Virus record (IMG/VR): IMGVR_UViG_3300037483_000262
Coordinates: 1-35,885 of that record
Strand: one strand, 5' to 3'
Length of the DNA stretch: 35,885 bases
DNA from: a virus
Taxonomy: Duplodnaviria > Caudoviricetes
This document shows, one piece after another, positions 33,711 to 35,885 of the stretch (positions are counted from its first letter, which is position 1; the number at the start of each line of letters is the position of its first letter). Both the position numbers and the translations under genes were made by a program. Under the pieces are notes generated by a model. That model was not told where the DNA came from, did no database searches, and worked only from the letters and a program-made list of their open reading frames with translations.

Positions 33711-34121
33711 TCATTTATTGATTTCAGCTTGGCAATCACGTTGAGCAAAAGTTCTGTCAATAAATGTTTCAAATTCACTAATTCGTTTTTCCTGTTCTGC
33801 GGTACGCGGCTCCGAAGGAGGTAACGCTAAGATGTAATCCCAAAGGGCATGATTATTTTCACGCGAATCATTGGCAACCTCACAGTTAGCAACAATAGCG
33901 TCTTTAGCTTTTTGTGCAAGTCTAGCTAGTTGGTTGGTTTTATAAGTAAGGAGGCCAAAACCAACTGTTAATAAAAGATTAAATACAATACACACAGCAA
34001 GTATGCGAAGTTGCCTCGTGCGCCGGTGAGCGTCTTTTGTCAAGACTTCTATGCTTTCTTCGGCAGGGTGTTTTTCCATCTGTTTGTCTAGCTCGTCAGA
34101 TCGTTCGTCTAAATTACCCAT
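33711..34121 (-). CDS. Membrane protein with one TM helix (lysis-associated?)
   Basis: ILAVCIVFNLLLTVGFGLLTY followed by a helical domain with two Cys. Confidence 0.7.
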   Translation of the reverse strand: MGNLDERSDELDKQMEKHPAEESIEVLTKDAHRRTRQLRILAVCIVFNLLLTVGFGLLTYKTNQLARLAQKAKDAIVANCEVANDSRENNHALWDYILALPPSEPRTAEQEKRISEFETFIDRTFAQRDCQAEINK

Positions 34122-34467
34122 CTTGCAATTCCCCTTTCAGCGCCAATAAACGCTTATTCTCTTCGCGTAACTCTTCTATTATACGCTTCAGTTCAGCAAT
34201 CTTTTCGATCATACTGGCTGAATTTAGTCGGAGTTTGCCAAGTTCGTCCATGACTGATTGAAGTTTATTATTGACCTCTTGAAGCCGCTGTTCAAGCACT
34301 TCGGCACGTTTCCGATATTCTTGCCGTAAGTCATTACTTTCCTTCCAAAGAGTTGCCGCTTCAGAAGTTGAAATACTACCAGAGGTGGTTCTCTTAGCAA
34401 TTTTGTAGGTAACGTAAGATGAGGCAATTATTCCGATTAGGACTGAAATCGGTGTTATCCACTCCAT
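34114..34467 (-). CDS. N-terminal TM plus coiled-coil protein (lysis-associated?)
   Basis: WITPISVLIGIIASSYVTY followed by a heptad pattern. Confidence 0.7.
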   Translation of the reverse strand: MEWITPISVLIGIIASSYVTYKIAKRTTSGSISTSEAATLWKESNDLRQEYRKRAEVLEQRLQEVNNKLQSVMDELGKLRLNSASMIEKIAELKRIIEELREENKRLLALKGELQDG

Positions 34468-34476
34468 AATAATTCC

Positions 34477-35559
34477 TTATAGGTAAGCGTTTATTGCCTT
34501 AATTACTGTGGGTTGAACAGCCGCACCAAGCACCGCACAAGTGCTGTTCGATCCGTCTGTTTTACCCATCATCGTAAAGGTAGTAGCAGCGGCGACATTA
34601 ATAGGTGTTTGGCTACTCGTAGAATGAGTAAGATTGAGAGTGTTGGTTAAGCGATTAGAGAGAGTTGTTTCGGGGTTGGTTTCCGTACTAGCGTCTGATG
34701 ATAGAGTAAGCTTTATGACTCGATTGACAGCTCCTCCCGCGTGAACGTGCTGAAGCGAAGCTTTTAGTAGTAGTAGCCATGAGCCGATAGGGACAACAAG
34801 GGTGTCTACTAAGCTGGCGAAACTGGTGCTAGTAGTCGCACGATCATTAGCTGAAGTAGTTGTCAATGTCCATTTAATCGGATTAAGAGGAAAGCCTAAT
34901 GGAGCTTTCACTGTCGCAAAACAAGGTACGGTGATATCTTCGTTGTTCAAGGTGTAATCAGTACCAAAATGAACCGTCAAAACGGTCGCTGTAACTTTGG
35001 TAATGATACCGTATTTCACCCCACCAGTTGCTTGAGTGAAGCGAATCCTCATTCCAGGCGAATACTTAGTTGTTGCGTCAGTTGGAACAGTAAGCGTACC
35101 GGTATCGGTAGCAGCGTCAAATGAGGCATATAGCCACTCTTCTTCGGCACTTAACCAGCCACTTCCAAGAGTAGTATCGCCGGCCAACGGCGCGTCCGGT
35201 AGAATCTCGCCGTCAGCATTATGAGCTATCTCTAATAAATCAACGATCGAGTTCTGGCCGTGAACAGTTTGCTTAATAATAGCGACCTGGCCTTCGGTAT
35301 TACCAGTGTCGGAGTAGCCAGGAACGAAACTATCAATCTCAATATTGCCGCCGTCAAGGTGAGCGACCATCTGGCACATACTGGCCGGTGTAAGATAGCC
35401 GTTAGCGTCAAGCGTGCCGGTGACAACGATAAACTCGTCGGGCCAGTTTTCGACGTTATCTACGTCTATTGTGGTGGCGGCGATTGAGCGATCTGATTCA
35501 ATATTTGCGAGGGCAGCGGGGCCAGTTCCGTCGCTTGCTCGTAGTTTTTCTAAATCCAT
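34477..35559 (-). CDS. Putative tail fibre/spike structural protein
   Basis: 360 aa, Thr-rich and beta-rich (KYSPGMRIRFTQ); RBS AAGGGGG; promoter TGTTACAAT at 35589-35597. Confidence 0.55.
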   Translation of the reverse strand: MDLEKLRASDGTGPAALANIESDRSIAATTIDVDNVENWPDEFIVVTGTLDANGYLTPASMCQMVAHLDGGNIEIDSFVPGYSDTGNTEGQVAIIKQTVHGQNSIVDLLEIAHNADGEILPDAPLAGDTTLGSGWLSAEEEWLYASFDAATDTGTLTVPTDATTKYSPGMRIRFTQATGGVKYGIITKVTATVLTVHFGTDYTLNNEDITVPCFATVKAPLGFPLNPIKWTLTTTSANDRATTSTSFASLVDTLVVPIGSWLLLLKASLQHVHAGGAVNRVIKLTLSSDASTETNPETTLSNRLTNTLNLTHSTSSQTPINVAAATTFTMMGKTDGSNSTCAVLGAAVQPTVIKAINAYL

Positions 35560-35609
35560 CTGGTAATACCCCCTTACTATTATTTATTATTGTAACAAGT
35601 TTATGCTAA

Positions 35610-35885
35610 ATCAACCAGTTAGAAATGTATTCCGAATAGCGCCTTCGCATTTACACATTTCTTGAAAGCGTGCCTGAACATACTTCCCCACCGCACCAGA
35701 AATAAATGAGCTATCAACTGTTGAGCAGTAATACCATTCGGGGTCAGGCTCTTGGTCAAGTGTTGTAATTTTCACATCATTCATTTTCCCAAGACCCCCC
35801 GATTTTAGAAATAGGTTTCCGTAAATTGTTCTCATGTGAACGATAGAATTAGTCAAGTTGTATCTCTGTTGCGACCGGTACGCCT
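35610..35885. repeat. Terminal direct repeat, right copy (second allele of the Stealth-like gene 3' end)
   Basis: Translates identically to the C-terminus of ORF 2-748 but carries 18 synonymous substitutions. Confidence 0.95.

Larger units (their letters stand above)
1..35885. mobile_element. Near-complete tailed bacteriophage genome (podovirus-like; unit length ~35609 bp if circularised)
   Basis: Terminase, portal-like, capsid-like, tail, lysis and replication modules are present. No host housekeeping genes. The ends overlap by 276 bp. Confidence 0.93.

Noticed and set aside
1-35885. Alternative genetic code (stop-codon reassignment)
   Set aside because: Genes tile the genome densely in code 11, and TGA, TAA and TAG all act as stops, often in coupled overlaps.

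Overview
This window appears to be an essentially complete ~35.6 kb tailed-phage genome with podovirus-like virion genes and standard genetic code. Its ends overlap: 1-276 matches 35610-35885. The minus arm encodes head, tail and putative ejection proteins, nucleases, a nitroreductase-glycosyltransferase pair, an SF3 helicase, a collagen fibre and a glutaredoxin. The plus arm (23.5-32.3 kb) encodes early and replication/recombination genes: SNF2-like and PIF1-like helicases, an RHH regulator, an AAA_24 ATPase, an SSB-like protein and a YqaJ exonuclease. A lysis cassette and a second fibre-like gene lie at the right end. I recognised no integrase, DNA polymerase, primase, reverse transcriptase or CRISPR array. 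The most notable signals are: (i) an A_AAA_AAA slippery site plus GC-rich hairpin that would fuse a membrane anchor to a lytic transglycosylase by -1 frameshifting; (ii) a structured 220-nt early leader RNA containing an isolated tRNA T-arm; (iii) three short promoter-hairpin-terminator units that may be sRNAs; (iv) two versions of the 3' end of a Stealth-like gene differing only at 18 synonymous sites; (v) an inverted, apparently leaderless terL inside the head module; and (vi) a possible glycan-modification gene set. All functional calls come from motif recognition by eye, with no database searches. The host (possibly a monoderm such as Patescibacteria/Saccharibacteria) is a weak inference.
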